Shown here: piece after piece, positions 12,366 to 30,581 of the stretch
How the letters are laid out: every line of letters starts with the position of its first letter
Numbering within the stretch: the stretch's first letter is position 1
Assembly (NCBI RefSeq): GCF_009914755.1
Contig: NC_060934.1
Length of the DNA: 64,000 nucleotides
Source: the human T2T-CHM13v2.0 reference genome, Homo sapiens
Strand: one strand, 5' to 3'
Notes under the pieces: model-generated
What the model was told of the DNA's origin: nothing
The model's input: the letters and a program-made list of their open reading frames with translations, nothing else
Database searches by the model: none
Position numbers and translations under genes: made by a program

Positions 12366-12671
12366 GGCCGGGTGTGGTGGCTCCCACGCCTGTAATCCCA
12401 GCACTTTGGGAGGCCAAGGTGGGTGGATCACCTGACATCAGGAGTTCGAGACCAGCCTGGCCAACATGGTGAAACCCCATCTCCCCTTAAAATACAAAAA
12501 AATAGCCAGGTATGGTGGCAGATGCCTATAATCCCAGCTACTTGGGAGGCTGAGGCAGGAGAATTGCTTGAACCAGGATGTGGAGGTTGCAGTGAGCTGA
12601 AATTGCACCATTGCACACCAGCCTGGGCAACAAGAGCCAAACTCCATCTCAAAAAAAAAAAAAAAAAAAAA
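12366..12671 (+). mobile_element. AluS inserted in a MIR (MIR remnants ~12230-12365 and ~12672-12770)
   Basis: Full dimer, long A tail, TSD-like aggctatat/aggctctat. Confidence 0.95.
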
Positions 12672-12700
12672 GGCTCTATGACTTTTTCAAAGTCATATAG

Positions 12701-13147
<447 letters not shown>

Positions 13148-13187
13148 GAGAAATGAAAAATATCTTGGAACTCAAAAACTAAAATTC

Positions 13188-13489
<302 letters not shown>

Positions 13490-13659
13490 CCACTGAAATT
13501 CGCTGGAGTAAAAATATGAGCCAAATTAATTAAGAAAAAATAGCAAACTTAAACACAAGATCAGGAATGACTTGTGAATGTGGTAGGAAAATGGTTTAGG
13601 ATGAACATGCTATAGTTTTGTGATAAAAAAAAACAACAAAAAGCACATTGCTAGCATTT

Positions 13660-13853
13660 ATAGAAGCACTATAATAATGGTTAAGTGTATTATCCTTGGA
13701 GTCAGACTGTGGGTGCTAGTCTGTTCTCCACTACTTGTATTTATGACCTTAGGCACATTACTTAACGTCTCTGACTCAGTTTCTTCATCTATAAAATGGC
13801 ATATTGTATTAGTACCTACTGCCTAGAGTAGTTCAGATTTAATGAGTACTTTA
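13660..13853 (+). mobile_element. MIR (its core is repeated at 14356-14446)
   Basis: tggagtcagac...tgaccttaggcacattacttaacgtctctgactcagtttcttcatctataaaatgg MIR core. Confidence 0.8.
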
Positions 13854-14319
<466 letters not shown>

Positions 14320-14719
14320 TTAATGAATACTTTAGAGCTTTATACATGGCTTTTAGTTTCTTCATCTATAAAATAGGGATAATAATAGTACCTACTGACT
14401 AGAGAAGTTAAGATTTAATGAGCACTTTAGAGCTATGTACATGGCTCACAGCTCAATTTTATGAGCTTTCAACTCATACTTCTTACTCCTCCCTGTCTTC
14501 ATCTTCTTCGTTATAGATACTATAATTGAATGTTCCATATTCAAAACTCTTGAAGCCCTTTCTAGCGATTTTGGGGCAACCTAAGTATGTAACCATTTTA
14601 GAGAGTATTAAAATGAGAGTAATTAGAGGAAATAAATTAATATTTAAGTTCTTAGCATGTGCTAAAATTGCATTAAGCTATTTCACTTACCTCATCTTCT
14701 TTCATCCTCACAATTTTTA

Positions 14720-15500
14720 ACTTTTTATTTTAAAATAACTTTAGTCTTAGAAAAATTACAAAAATAGTACAGAATTCCCACATACCCTTCACCCAGTTTA
14801 CCCTAATATTAACATCTTACATAACCAAAGTATAATGAATAACAGAAAATTAACATTAAACTACAATAACTGAACTATATACAGGCTTTATTCTGGTTTC
14901 AACCGTTTTTTCTCTAGTTTCCTTTTTCTGTTCCAGAATCGAATCCCACATTGCATATTTGTCATGTCTCCTTAGTCTCTTCTAATCTGTGACAGTTCCT
15001 CACTCTTGTTGTTCATGAACTTTATACTTTTGAAAATTATTGGTCAGTCATTTTGTAGAATGTCCTTCCATTTGAGTTTGTCTGATGTTTTCTCATGTAC
15101 ATTGAGATTAGGCATTTTTGGCAGGAAAACCACAGAAGTGATGTTCCTTTCTTGGTGCATCATATCAGGGAGGTACACAGTGTCACAGATTCTTATTGCT
15201 GGTGATGCTAAACCTTTATCACTAGGTTTAGGTGGTGTTTGCTAGTTTATCCTCTGTAATTCCCATTGTATTTAATAAATATCTTGGAGGAGATACTACT
15301 TTGGGGCTATGGAAACATTCTATTTTATCCACTAATTTTAGCATCACTAAACTAATCTATCTGGCTTAAGGTGATGTCTGTCAATTTTCTCTACTATAAC
15401 ATTATGATTTTTCCTTTTGTAATGAATATCTTAGGGGGACATACTTTGAGACTGTAAATATCCTGTTTTCTTTAATTTTTGCCCACTAATCTTAGCATAC
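14720..15500 (-). mobile_element. L1MC-type 3' end, inserted in a MIR
   Basis: aaaatagtacagaattcccacatacccttcacccag...ttttgtagaatgtcc...catttttggcaggaaaaccacagaagtgatg. Confidence 0.7.
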
Positions 15501-15890
15501 TTATCCCTCAAAATCTTTTAATGTGAACATTTTCTTAGTTTTGTAGATGAGGAAATGGATCTTAGAGAGGTTTATTAACTTGCCCCAAATCATACAAATA
15601 GTAAATCCAAGCCTGTCATATTCTAAAAGTCCTTGTAATTTCATTGTTTGTTAAGATGTGTGAGCTTAAGTGTAAGGGAGAAGAACCTATTGGGGACAGA
15701 GGAGAGGAATTACTGTAGAAGGAGAAATAAAGTTTTACATACATCTGGGAAGAATTATGTTTTGTACTTGGAAAGTTTATTTTGTCCTTTAATTGCCATT
15801 TTATGAGGTTTAATTTGAGACATAAGAAACATTTCTTTGATTAAATTACCAAAGCTCTCAACAAAATATGTCTTCTCACAGGGTTGGTAG

Positions 15891-16221
<331 letters not shown>

Positions 16222-17429
16222 AGAATCTTATTCTTAATTTATTCCTTATATCACCTTGAAGAAAGACTTTCTTTTAAAGAACATCTAGTACATTCATAAG
16301 ATTCTGCTTTCAAGATGATGAAGTGAATGTGTTTTTCTCTTATCTTTATTAAATATGAGCTGTACTTAATCACAAGCAAAAATCCTATAGTAGTAAAATA
16401 TATTTGTGCTAAGGAAATTGCCAAAATATACATGAGTCATTTTAATTATATGTGTACACTTATTTAGGTGAGTGAAGACATTGCATGGCATTTTTTGGTC
16501 CTTTCAGCTGTTACTAGTCATTTCTAAAAGTCTGTCTCCTGAAACTGAGGGAATTTCTTCTCATCTTATCAGAGTTCAGACTTAGTTCTGTTCTAAAATA
16601 AGCAACCGAAAGCGAAATAGTCAGCATGTTTGAAGTCAGCAGCACTGTCCTACTACAAATGGCTATTCTTTTCAGAAACAACTGTCCTCTAGAAGTCATC
16701 CTGTTAGGTATATTAGAAGCTTAGCTTCATATATTATCTGGAATTTATTAAATATTGAGTGAACAAACAATATAAAAATATTTCACCACTAATTGTCATC
16801 CCTTTAAAAATGCCAGTTTCTGGTGACGTTTGTAACGATTGCAAACCATTGTGACTTGTCTGCTTTGCTTGCCTAAATGTTCTCTCTCATATATTCTATT
16901 TGTTCTCTTATATATACTTTATTTATGCCACTCAGCTATATTTCCGCTCTGATAGGTGTTTCTTTCTCTATAACTATTTGAAACTTTGCATAGTGATAGA
17001 ATAAACTAGTTTTGTTAGCAAAGCCCAAAACTATGGACAGTTTTAAAAGCCCACTGAATACAGACATGGATTTTCAAATTATCCAAAATGGTTGAAAAGA
17101 TGATTCTAAAACCTCTGCCTTTAGCTCAAGGTTAGGTTTCAAGATTTCAGAAAACTTCAATAAAGATTTCAGTAAAACTTTATGGCCTATGTGGTGTGAA
17201 AAACAGCATCAGAGTTTGACAATTAGTTTGTCATTTTTTAAACTTTATCTTTTTTAAAGAAAATTAAGTCTTTGTAGGAAAGGATTAGCATTTCTTTCTC
17301 TCAAATCAGTCCTTTGAAAAATTGACATTATAAGAACTGTATTTTTTCCAAAGTCAGCATAATTATGTTCTGTAAACCTCTAAAATAATTAAATTTTCCT
17401 CTTTATAAAAACCTCTCTTTAATTGGGAA

Positions 17430-17725
17430 TTTGAAAACTGCCTGGATATTTGCTGATACTTAGTCATTGTTAATAATTTTTGAAGTATGATAATAGTTTT
17501 GTGGTTATGTTTATCATTACCTTTCAAAGATATATACTAAAACATTTATAGATGAAATTATGTATAGTTCTTGGAGTTTACTTTAGAATAATTTGAAAAG
17601 CAAGTGGATGAGGATATAGGTGAAATAAGATTCATCATACATTTTAAATTTGTGTAGATCATTGATGGGTTCCTTGGAAGTCACTGTGCTATTCTATTTA
17701 CTTTTGTATATGGTTAAAGAAATTT
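17430..17725 (+). mobile_element. Old L1M 3' end fragment
   Basis: tggatatttgctgata...gtatgataatagttttgtggttatg...tttacttttgtatatg. Confidence 0.55.
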
Positions 17726-17851
17726 TTAATGTCTCTTAATAGATATGCAGGTCTCTTATTTTGATCAATAGAAGCTAAATTGTTAATCTACTAATAAAGT
17801 TTTGTTTTATTTTATTGGTCATGAGAATTTTTTCCTTCCTTCTATTAATAG

Positions 17852-18160
<309 letters not shown>

Positions 18161-18974
18161 TAACATTTAGTTAAATAAACCACTTTGATATAATTTATTT
18201 ACTTAGTTATCTTGGGGATTTTGTCAATCAAGAAATATCTTTCCTGAAAAAAAGAATACATTTCATTTATAAAATACCTGCACTAGAGTAAAATAAATTT
18301 ACTCAATTATGAACAAATAAAATCCAGAACTAAGTTACATTTTCCATTTTTCCTTCAAGAAGAAAATCTCATTTTTTGTTTTATTTCACCATCTATTTTA
18401 TAGCACTCATAAAACAGGAATTTCATCTAGTAAGCAAACATGTTATTGATTAAAATGATTAATAGTGTTAATATGGAGCTACCCACTATTAAAAATATAA
18501 ATGTTTTAATTCTGTCTGTACCATTCAGATTAAAACCAATCAGTTGATTAGTTATTGTAAACTGGAGCAATTTAGTATTACCTATGTGTTTGTTCAGTAC
18601 TCTGCTGAACACTGAAATATAAAATAGGAACCTTAAAGATCTAACTGGGAATTAATATTCATAAAATATAAGTACAAAGTAAAATATAATTATAGTTCTT
18701 ATCTATTGGTGCTAACTATATGGATTGTATTGACTCAGGAGATCAGTAAATCTTGAAAAAAGATGTTATAGTGAATATGAAGTACATTTGTGTTGAATTA
18801 AATATAAAGCCTGAAATAGGCCAAAGATGAAATTACTGTCAAGATATTTTCTTTCTTTTTTAAAATAAATTTTATTCTTTATATTTGAGGTTTATAACAT
18901 GATGTTATAGGATACATAGATATATATAGATCAACTTTCTTATTTCAGAATGGTCAAAAGCAAGATTCAGAGAT

Positions 18975-19190
18975 TTGTTTCAAAAAATATTTGCTTCAAA
19001 GTAGTTCAGTGAGTGGTAGATAAAGTGAGGGTATAAATGAAATGAGACTGGTAATGAATTAATTGTTGAAGCTAGACAGTGGATATATGGGGGCATCATT
19101 ATGCTATTATCTCCACTTGTGGATATGTTTTAAATTATCCATAATTAAAACTTTAAAAAAAGAAAGAAAAGTTTTTTTTTTTAAATTTCA
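18975..19190 (+). mobile_element. Old L1M 3' end fragment
   Basis: attgttgaagctagacagtggatatatggggg...ttatccataattaaaac; flanked by the direct repeat caagattcagagat (18961, 19193). Confidence 0.55.
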
Positions 19191-19284
19191 AACAAGATTC
19201 AGAGATGTTGAGTGGCTTTCCCAAGATACATTGATATCCTTGCTAATCCTTAAATTCTAGGAAGGATTAAAAGAAAGGAGGACA

Positions 19285-19602
19285 AGTGGGCACAGTGGCT
19301 CACACCTGTAACCCTAGCACCTTGGGAAGTCAAGGTGGGAGGATTGCTTGATCCCAGGAGTTGGAGACCAGCCTTGGTAACAGCAAGACTTCATCTCTAC
19401 AAAAAAAAATGGAAAAAAAAAAAAAATTAGCTGAGAGAGTAGTGGCACATGCCCATAGTCCTGGCTACTTGGGAGGCTGATGCAAGAAGATCACTTGAGC
19501 CCAGAAGTTCGAGGCTGTGTTGAGCTATGATCTCTCCACTGCACCCCAGCATGGATGACAGACCAAGACCCTGTCTCCAAAAAAAAAAAAAAAAAAAAAA
19601 AA
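19285..19602 (+). mobile_element. AluJ
   Basis: Dimer with J-type ggaggattgcttga and gagctatgat; TSD-like aaaagaa(a/c)ggagg. Confidence 0.93.
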
Positions 19603-20948
19603 GAACGGAGGGCAATGGAGTCAAAGAGGATCAAGTAAGCAAAGGCACAAGTACTAGCAATCTTTTATTGTGATGGCAAGAAGAACCACCTTGTTAATTT
19701 GTACAAGAGAGAAAAGAAACCATGAAAAGATATCCCTGCACTGATACAAACTATCTGAATTGCTTTCTTCCTATAGTATAAGGATTATTCCTGTCTTAGC
19801 AGTGGACAGTTTAGAAAAGTGAAAAACATACAGGCTTCTTATAGGAATTGTAGTACTACCTTCAGATTTACAAAATATTCTTTGGTTGCTCTTTGTGGAG
19901 ACATTCATTTTAAGTCTTTGTATATTCTAGATATACATACTGTACAAGTGTCTTCCTTATTGTGAATTTGCAGTTTTCCCAAAATTGAAAATTAACCTCC
20001 CCATTCTGTGACTGTATTTCCTTGTGAACTCATTTTATTCTTTATTAAATCTATTAAGCCATTCTTAGGAATGCTTACAAGCTGGAATTTATTTGAGGAA
20101 AGACACTGGCTAATCTTTGCTGTTCCTACCATATGAAAATGAACTTAAATCAAAGGATGCACTATATCTGCAATGCATGATAAATACAAGATGGATAGAG
20201 AATCTGTTCAGTGGTGTCAGCTACAAAAGCAAACATGATAAATGTTAATGCAGTTTTGAGCCCTGGGATAAGCTATTCAGTGCACAAGTGTAGCTGAATC
20301 TCTTTGCTATGTTGTTATTCATTGCAGCCAAATAAATGTCAATAATAAAAGAGAATTAAAGATTTTCATTTCCCAGAGGCAGTCCTCTAATACGGCTTGA
20401 TCTTTCATTTCATTTGTAATTCGTTCTCATGTCAGGATGCAATCATTCGCCAGGCTCTGGGTGTCATGTTAAGCCATTTAATAATGATTAAGAACATAAA
20501 AATGCTTGGCCTGTGGGGCAATTCACAAAAGAGATGCCAATTTGTTATTGTTTTCCCTCCTTTCCTCTTGAATATGGATCAGCTTTTTCCCACCTCCTAG
20601 CATTAAAATACTAATGGAAGATAGGGAGGGAAAGTGTCCCTTAATTTACCATAAGTGACATTCCAGAATGGCACAAGGCAGTGCTAACACACATATTAAA
20701 AGACTAATTAGGAATCATTGTGCCTTAAACCTATTTTTTTTTAATGATACTTTAAGTTCTGGGATACATGTCCAGAATGTGCATGTTTGTTACATAGTTA
20801 TACACATGCCATGGTGGTTTCCTGCACCTATCAACCCATCATCTACATTAGGCATTTCTCCTAATGCTATCCCTCCCTGAGCTCCCCCACCCCCCGACAG
20901 GCCCTGGTGTGTGATGTTGCCCTCCTTGTGTCCGTGTGTTCTCATTGT

Positions 20949-24744
<3,796 letters not shown>

Positions 24745-24799
24745 TATGATGCTAGCTGGTTATTTTGCCCGTTAGTTGATGTGGTTTCTTCATAGTCTT

Positions 24800-25790
24800 G
24801 ATGGTCTTTACAATTTGGTATGTTTTTGCAGTGGCTGGTACCAGTTTTTCCTTTCCATATTTAGTGCTTCCTTCAGGAGCTCTTGTAAGGCAGGCCTGGT
24901 GGTGACAAAATCTCTCAGCATTTGCTTGTCTTTAAAGGATTTTATTTCTCCTTTGCTTATGAAGCTTAGTGTGGCTGGATATGAAATTCTGGGTTCAAAA
25001 TTCTTTTCTTTAAGAATGTTGAATGTTGGTCCTCACTCTCTTCTGGCTTATAGGGTTTCTGCAGAGAGATCAGCTGTTAGTCTGATGGGCTTCCCTTTGT
25101 GGGTAACCCAACCTTTCTCTCTGGCTGCCCTTAATACTTTTTCCTTCATTTCAACCTTGGTGAATCTGACAATTATGTGTTTTGGGGTTGCTCTTCTCAA
25201 GGAGTATCTTTGTGGTGTTCTCTGTATTTCCTGAATTTGAATGTTGGCCTGTCTTGCTAGATTGGGGAAGCTTTCTTGGATAATATTCTGAAGAGTGTTT
25301 TCCAACTTGGTTCCATTCTCCCCATCACTTTCAGGTACACCAATCAAATGTAGGTTTGGTCTTTTCATATAGTCCCATATTTCTTGGAGGTTTGTTAGTT
25401 CCTTTCCATTCTTTTTTCTCTAATCTTGTCATGATGCTTTATTTCATTAAGTTGATCTTCAATCTCTGATATCCTTTCTTCTGCTTGATCAATTTGGTTA
25501 TTATATTTGTGTATGCTTCACGAAGTGTTCGTTCTGTGTTTTTCAGCTCTATCAGGTCATTTATGTTCTTCTCTAAACTGGTTATTCTAGTTAGCAATTC
25601 CTCTAACCTTTTTTCAAGGTTCTTAGCTTCCTTGCATTGGGTTAGAACATGGTCCTTTAGCTCGGCGGAATTTGTTATTACCCACCTTCTGAAGCCTACT
25701 TCTGTCAATTTGTCAAACTAGTTCTCTGTGCAGTTTTGTTCCCTTGCTGGTGAGGAGTTGTGATCCTTTGGAGGAGAAGAGGCATTCTGG
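24800..25790 (-). pseudogene. Disrupted L1 ORF1
   Basis: Fragments 25439..25708 (coiled coil) and 25048..25368 (RPNLHLIGVPE...HIIVRF...PIRLTADLSAETL). Confidence 0.88.
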
Positions 25791-26541
25791 TTTCTGGAAT
25801 TTTCAGCCTTTTTGCACTGGTTTTTCCTTATCTTCGTGGATTTATCTACCTTTGGTCTTTGATGCTGGTGACCTTCGGATGGGGTTTTTGTGTGGACATC
25901 CTTTTTGTTGATGTTGGTGCTATTCCTTTCTGTTTGTTAGTTTTCCTTCTAACAGATGCCTCTGCTGCAGGTCTGCTGGAGTTTTCTGGAGGTCCACTCC
26001 AGACCCTGTTTGCCTGGGTATCACCAGCAGAGGCTGCAGAACAGCAAAGATTACTGCCTGTTCCTTCCTCTGGAAGCTTTGTCCCAGAGGGGCACCCGCC
26101 AGATGCCAGCTGGAGCTCTCCTGTATGAGGGGTCTGTCGACCCTTGCTGGGAGGCATCTCCCAGTCAGGAGGCATGGGGGTCAGGGACCCAGAGGCAATC
26201 TGTCTGTTAGGAGAGCTCGAGCACTGTGCTGGGAGATTTGCTGCTCTCTTCAGAGCTGGTAGGCAGGAAAGTTTAAGTGCCGAAGCTGTGCCCACAGCTG
26301 TTCCTTCCCCCAGGTGCTCTGTCCCAGAGAGATGGGAGTTTTATCTATAAGCCCCTGACTGGGGCTGCTGCCTTTCTTTCATAGATGCCCTGCCCAGAGA
26401 GGAGGAATCTAGAGAGGCGGTCTGGCTACAGTGGCTTTTCCAAGCTGCAGTGGGCTCCACCCAGTTCAAACTTTTTTTGCGAACTTTGTTTGCATCTTTG
26501 TTTACACTGTTAGGGGAAAACCGCCTACTCAAGCCTCGGTA

Positions 26542-26760
26542 ATGGCAGTCGCCCCTTCCCCCACCAAGCTTGAGCATCCCAGGTCGACTTCAGACTGCTG
26601 TGCTGGCAGCGAGAATTTCAAGCCAGTGGATCTTAGCTTGCTGGGCTCCGTCGGGGCAGGATCCGCTGAGCTAGACCACTTGGCTCCCTGGCTTTATCCC
26701 CCTTTCCAGGGGAGTGAACAGTTCTGTCTCGCTGGCGTTCCACACGCCACTGTGGTATGA
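26542..26760 (+). CDS. L1 ORF0-like antisense ORF, 72 aa (translation unproven)
   Basis: GTAATGG start; MAVAPSPTKLEHPRSTSDCCAGSENFKPVDLSLLGSVGAGSAE... aligns with recalled L1HS ORF0 MAGAPPPASLPPCSLISDCCASNQRDSVGVGPSE...; antisense within the L1 5'UTR. Confidence 0.55.
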   Translation: MAVAPSPTKLEHPRSTSDCCAGSENFKPVDLSLLGSVGAGSAELDHLAPWLYPPFQGSEQFCLAGVPHATVV

Positions 26761-27156
26761 ACAAAAACTCCTGCAGCTAGCTTGGTGTCTGCCCAAACAG
26801 CAGCCCAGTTTTGTGCTTGAAACCCAGGGCCCTGGTGGTGTAGGTACCCGAAGAAATCTCCTGGTCTGCGAGTTGTGAAGACCATGGGAAAAGTGTAGTT
26901 ATCTGGGCTGGAGTGCACCATTTCTCATGGCACAGTCCCTCATGGCTTCCCTTGACTAGGGGAGGGAGTTCTCGACCCCTTGCACTTCCCCGGTAAGGTG
27001 ACGCCCCACCCTGCTTCCGCTCGCCCTTTGTGGGCTGCACCCACTGTCTAATCAGTCCCAATGAGATGAGCCAGGACTCTCAGTTGGAAATGTAGAAATT
27101 ACCCGCCTTCTGCGTTGATCTCGCTGGGAGGTGCAGACCGGAGCTGTTCCTATTCA

Positions 27157-27165
27157 GCCATCTTG
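27157..27165 (-). promoter_or_regulatory. L1 5'UTR YY1 site (CAAGATGGC)
   Basis: gccatcttg on +, at the canonical position about 10-20 nt inside the L1 5' end. Confidence 0.65.
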
Positions 27166-27524
27166 CCAGCCACCCAAACCTATTTTTAAATGATCACACT
27201 GTTAAGTTTGCAGTACTTAGCAATAATGTATCAAAATGTTTCCTTGGAGTTTTATTCTACAGACCTATCTCCTTTTGAGATATGATATACATAAACTACT
27301 TTGTCTTATTTTATAAATTTAATTCTTTAAATTGCCTGTAAATCTAAAGTATTTTCCGCTCACCCTGTTTTATGGGTCATACCTCTTTCAGATTGAGTTT
27401 CCATCTACCCTAGAGGTTCTGTCACATACCAATCATTGTTTCAGTCCTTGCAGGTTAATTGAGTTTCAAAAAAATTTTCAAGGGAGTGCTGGGCACTGAA
27501 GAATATTAAGAGTAACAGGCTGGG

Positions 27525-28095
27525 CAATTCCACAGCAGAGTATATGTCCAAAATAATTGAAGCAGGAACCTAAACAGATATATGCCCACCCATCTTCATA
27601 GCAGCATTATTCACAATAACCAAAAGGTAGAAGCAATCAAAGTGTCCATCAGCAGATGAACAGATAAATAAAATGTGATATATACATACAAAGGAATATT
27701 ATTCAGCTTTAAAAAAGAAGGAAATCCTAACATGCACTACAACATGGATGAACCTTGAAGACATTATGCTAAGTGAAATAAGCCAGTCACAATGGGATAA
27801 TTACTGTGTGATTCCATTTATGTGACATACCTAGAGTAGTTAGCTTTATAGACAAAGTAGAATGATGTTAGCCAGGGGCTGGGGGAGGGCTGAATGGAAA
27901 GTTATTGTTTAATTGGTAAAAAGTTTCAGTTTTGCAGGATGAAAAAGTTGTAAAGATGGGTAGTGATAATTGCACAATAATATGAATGTACAATGGCACT
28001 GAGCTGTATATTCAACAATGCTTAAAATGTTACATTTTATGTATATTTTTATTTTTTAAGCATATTTTTCAATTTAAAAAAAATTAAACATAACC
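27525..28095 (+). mobile_element. L1MB-type 3' end
   Basis: gcagcattattcacaataaccaaaagg...atggatgaaccttgaagacattatgctaagtgaaataagccagtcac; TSD-like aagagtaa(cag/gat)gctggg. Confidence 0.85.
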
Positions 28096-28499
28096 TAAAG
28101 AGTAAGATGCTGGGGGTGAAGGCAGAAAAGATGACTGTCCATTTTGATCCTCTTTATAAATGTTGAATGAATCTGTTGAATAACATGGCAGTAAGGTGAA
28201 GGAAATCATTTCTGTGTTTATAAACTGGAAAAACTAACAGTGTTCTTTACCTGTTGGAGAGCAACTACTAATGAGATCTTCATACAATAAAACCTTATTA
28301 TATTAAGCATGGTAGTAAAAAAGTAAATATATATATGTATGTAAATACATATATAGTGCTTTATAGAAAGTTTAAACTTCCCCAAGTTTCTATACTAAAT
28401 AAATCACCAAAAATTGGAGAAAGCAATACAACTTTTGTTCTGAATTGGAAATAATGTGTTTCCAATTAAATAGGTCCACTGAAAAATAAACTGTAGATT

Positions 28500-28807
28500 T
28501 TTCTGTTTCGTTTGTTTTAAGACCAGGCCTCGCTCTGTCACCCAAGCTGGAGTACAATGACACAATCATGGCTCACTGCAACCTCAACCGGGCTCAAGCG
28601 ATCCTCCCTTCCCAGCCTCCTAAGTAGCCGGGACTACAGGTGCCTACCACCCTGCCCAGCTAATTTTTTTGTATTTTTTCTTTGGTGGAGACTGGATTTT
28701 GCCATATTGCCCATGCTAGTCTCAAACTCCTGAGCTCAAGTAATCTGCCTTCCTAGGCCTCCCTCCTAAAATGCTAGGATTACGGGTGTGAGCCACCACA
28801 CCTGGCC
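28500..28807 (-). mobile_element. AluJ
   Basis: Antisense dimer; TSD taaa(c/t)tgtaga(t/c)tt. Confidence 0.9.
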
Positions 28808-28961
28808 TAAATTGTAGACTTTTCTGAACACTCAGAATTCTTATTTGAATTGTAATTTTTCACAAAGGGAGAAAATATATTAAGTCAGATGTTTTCAACT
28901 GGAAGACTGGTGCTATCACATCAAAATCACCTAGTGAGTTTTTGGTAAATACAGTCCTACC

Positions 28962-30581
28962 TTTTTTTTTTTTTTTTAATTTTAGAATTGGGGGAGGGTG
29001 TGATACTTTTTCAGGGTTGTTACATGGATATATTACATAAGGCTGGGGTTTGGGCTTCTATTGAACCCATCACCCAAACAGTGAATATAATACCCAATAG
29101 GTAGTTTTTCAACTCACCCCCACCCACTTCCTGCCTCCCCCTTTATGTCCATGTATACCCATTGTTTACCTCCCACTTATAAGTGAGATTGTGGAGCATA
29201 TGGTTTTCTGTTTCTGGGTTAATTCACTTTGGATAATGTCCTCTGGCTGCATCTATGCTGCTGCAAAGGACATTATTTCCTTCTTTGTTATGGCTGCATA
29301 GTATTACATGGTGTATATGTACCACACTTTCTTTATCCAATCCGCTGTTGATGGACACTTAGGTTGATTCCATGACTTTGCCATTATGAATAGTGCTGTA
29401 ATAAACATAAGAATGCAGGTATCTTTTTGATAGAACAATTTCTTTTACTTTGGGTAGATACCCAGTAGTGGGGTTGTTGGATTGAATGGTAATCCTGTTT
29501 TTAGTTCTTTGAGAAAGTTCCAAACTGCTTTCCACAGGGGCCAAACTAACTTACATTCCCACCAACAGTATGTGTTTCCTTTTCTCTGTATCCTCGCCAA
29601 TGTGTAATTTTTTTACTTTTTAATAATAGCTGTGCTAACTAGTATTATGATATCTCATTGTGGTTTTAATTTGCATTTCTCTGATTATTAGTGATGTGGA
29701 ACATTTTTCATATGTTTGTTGGCTGCTTGTATGTTCCCATTTTTAAAAATTGTATTGATTTATTTGTATTTTATAGAGAAAGTGTCTTGCTATGTTGCTC
29801 AGGCTGGTCTCATACTTCCTGAGGCTCAAGCAGTTCTCCTGCCTCAGCCTTCCAAAGTGCTGAGATTACAGACATGAGTCACCATGCCTAGCTGTATGTC
29901 TTATTTTGAGAAGCATTTGTTCATGTCCCTTGCCTACTTTTTAATGGAGTAATTTGGGTTTTTCTTGTTAATTTGTTTAGGTTCCTTATAGATTCTGGAT
30001 ATTAGTCCTTTATTGGTTGCATAGTTAGCAAATATTTTCTCCTAATCTGTAGGCTGTCTGTTTATTTTGTTGATAGTTACTTTTGTTGTGCAGAAACTCT
30101 TTAGTTAAGTTACAATGGTCAATTTTTATTTTTGTTGCATTTGCTTTTGAGGTCTTAGTCATAAATTCTTTGCCTAGGCCTATGTGCAGAATAGTTTCTC
30201 CTAGGTTTTTTCTAGGATTTTTATAGTTTGAGGTTTTATGTGTAAGTCTTTAATCTATCTTGAGTTAATTTTTGTATATGGTGAGAGGTAGGGGTCCAAT
30301 TTCATTATTCTGCATATGGCTAGCCAGTTTTCCCAATATCATTTATTGAATTGAGTGTCCTTTCATCACTATTTATTTTTGTTGACTTTGTTTAAGATCA
30401 GTTGGTTGTAGGTTTGTGGGTTTACTTCTGGGTTCTCTATTTTGTTCCATTGATCTATGTGTCTATTTTTGTGCCAATACCATTGCTATTTTGGTTACTA
30501 TACCCTAGTAGTATAGTTTGAAGTCAGGTAATGTGATGCTTCTGGCTTCGTTTTTTGCTTAGGATTGCTTTGGCTATTCAG
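28962..30581 (-). mobile_element. 5'-truncated L1 (L1PA16/L1PB-age) with an internal Alu monomer at ~29740-29892; splits a MER5-like hAT remnant (~28886-28955 and ~30590-30790)
   Basis: Poly-T then ttacatggatatattacat...acccaataggtagtttttcaac and continuous antisense ORF2 sequence. Confidence 0.85.
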
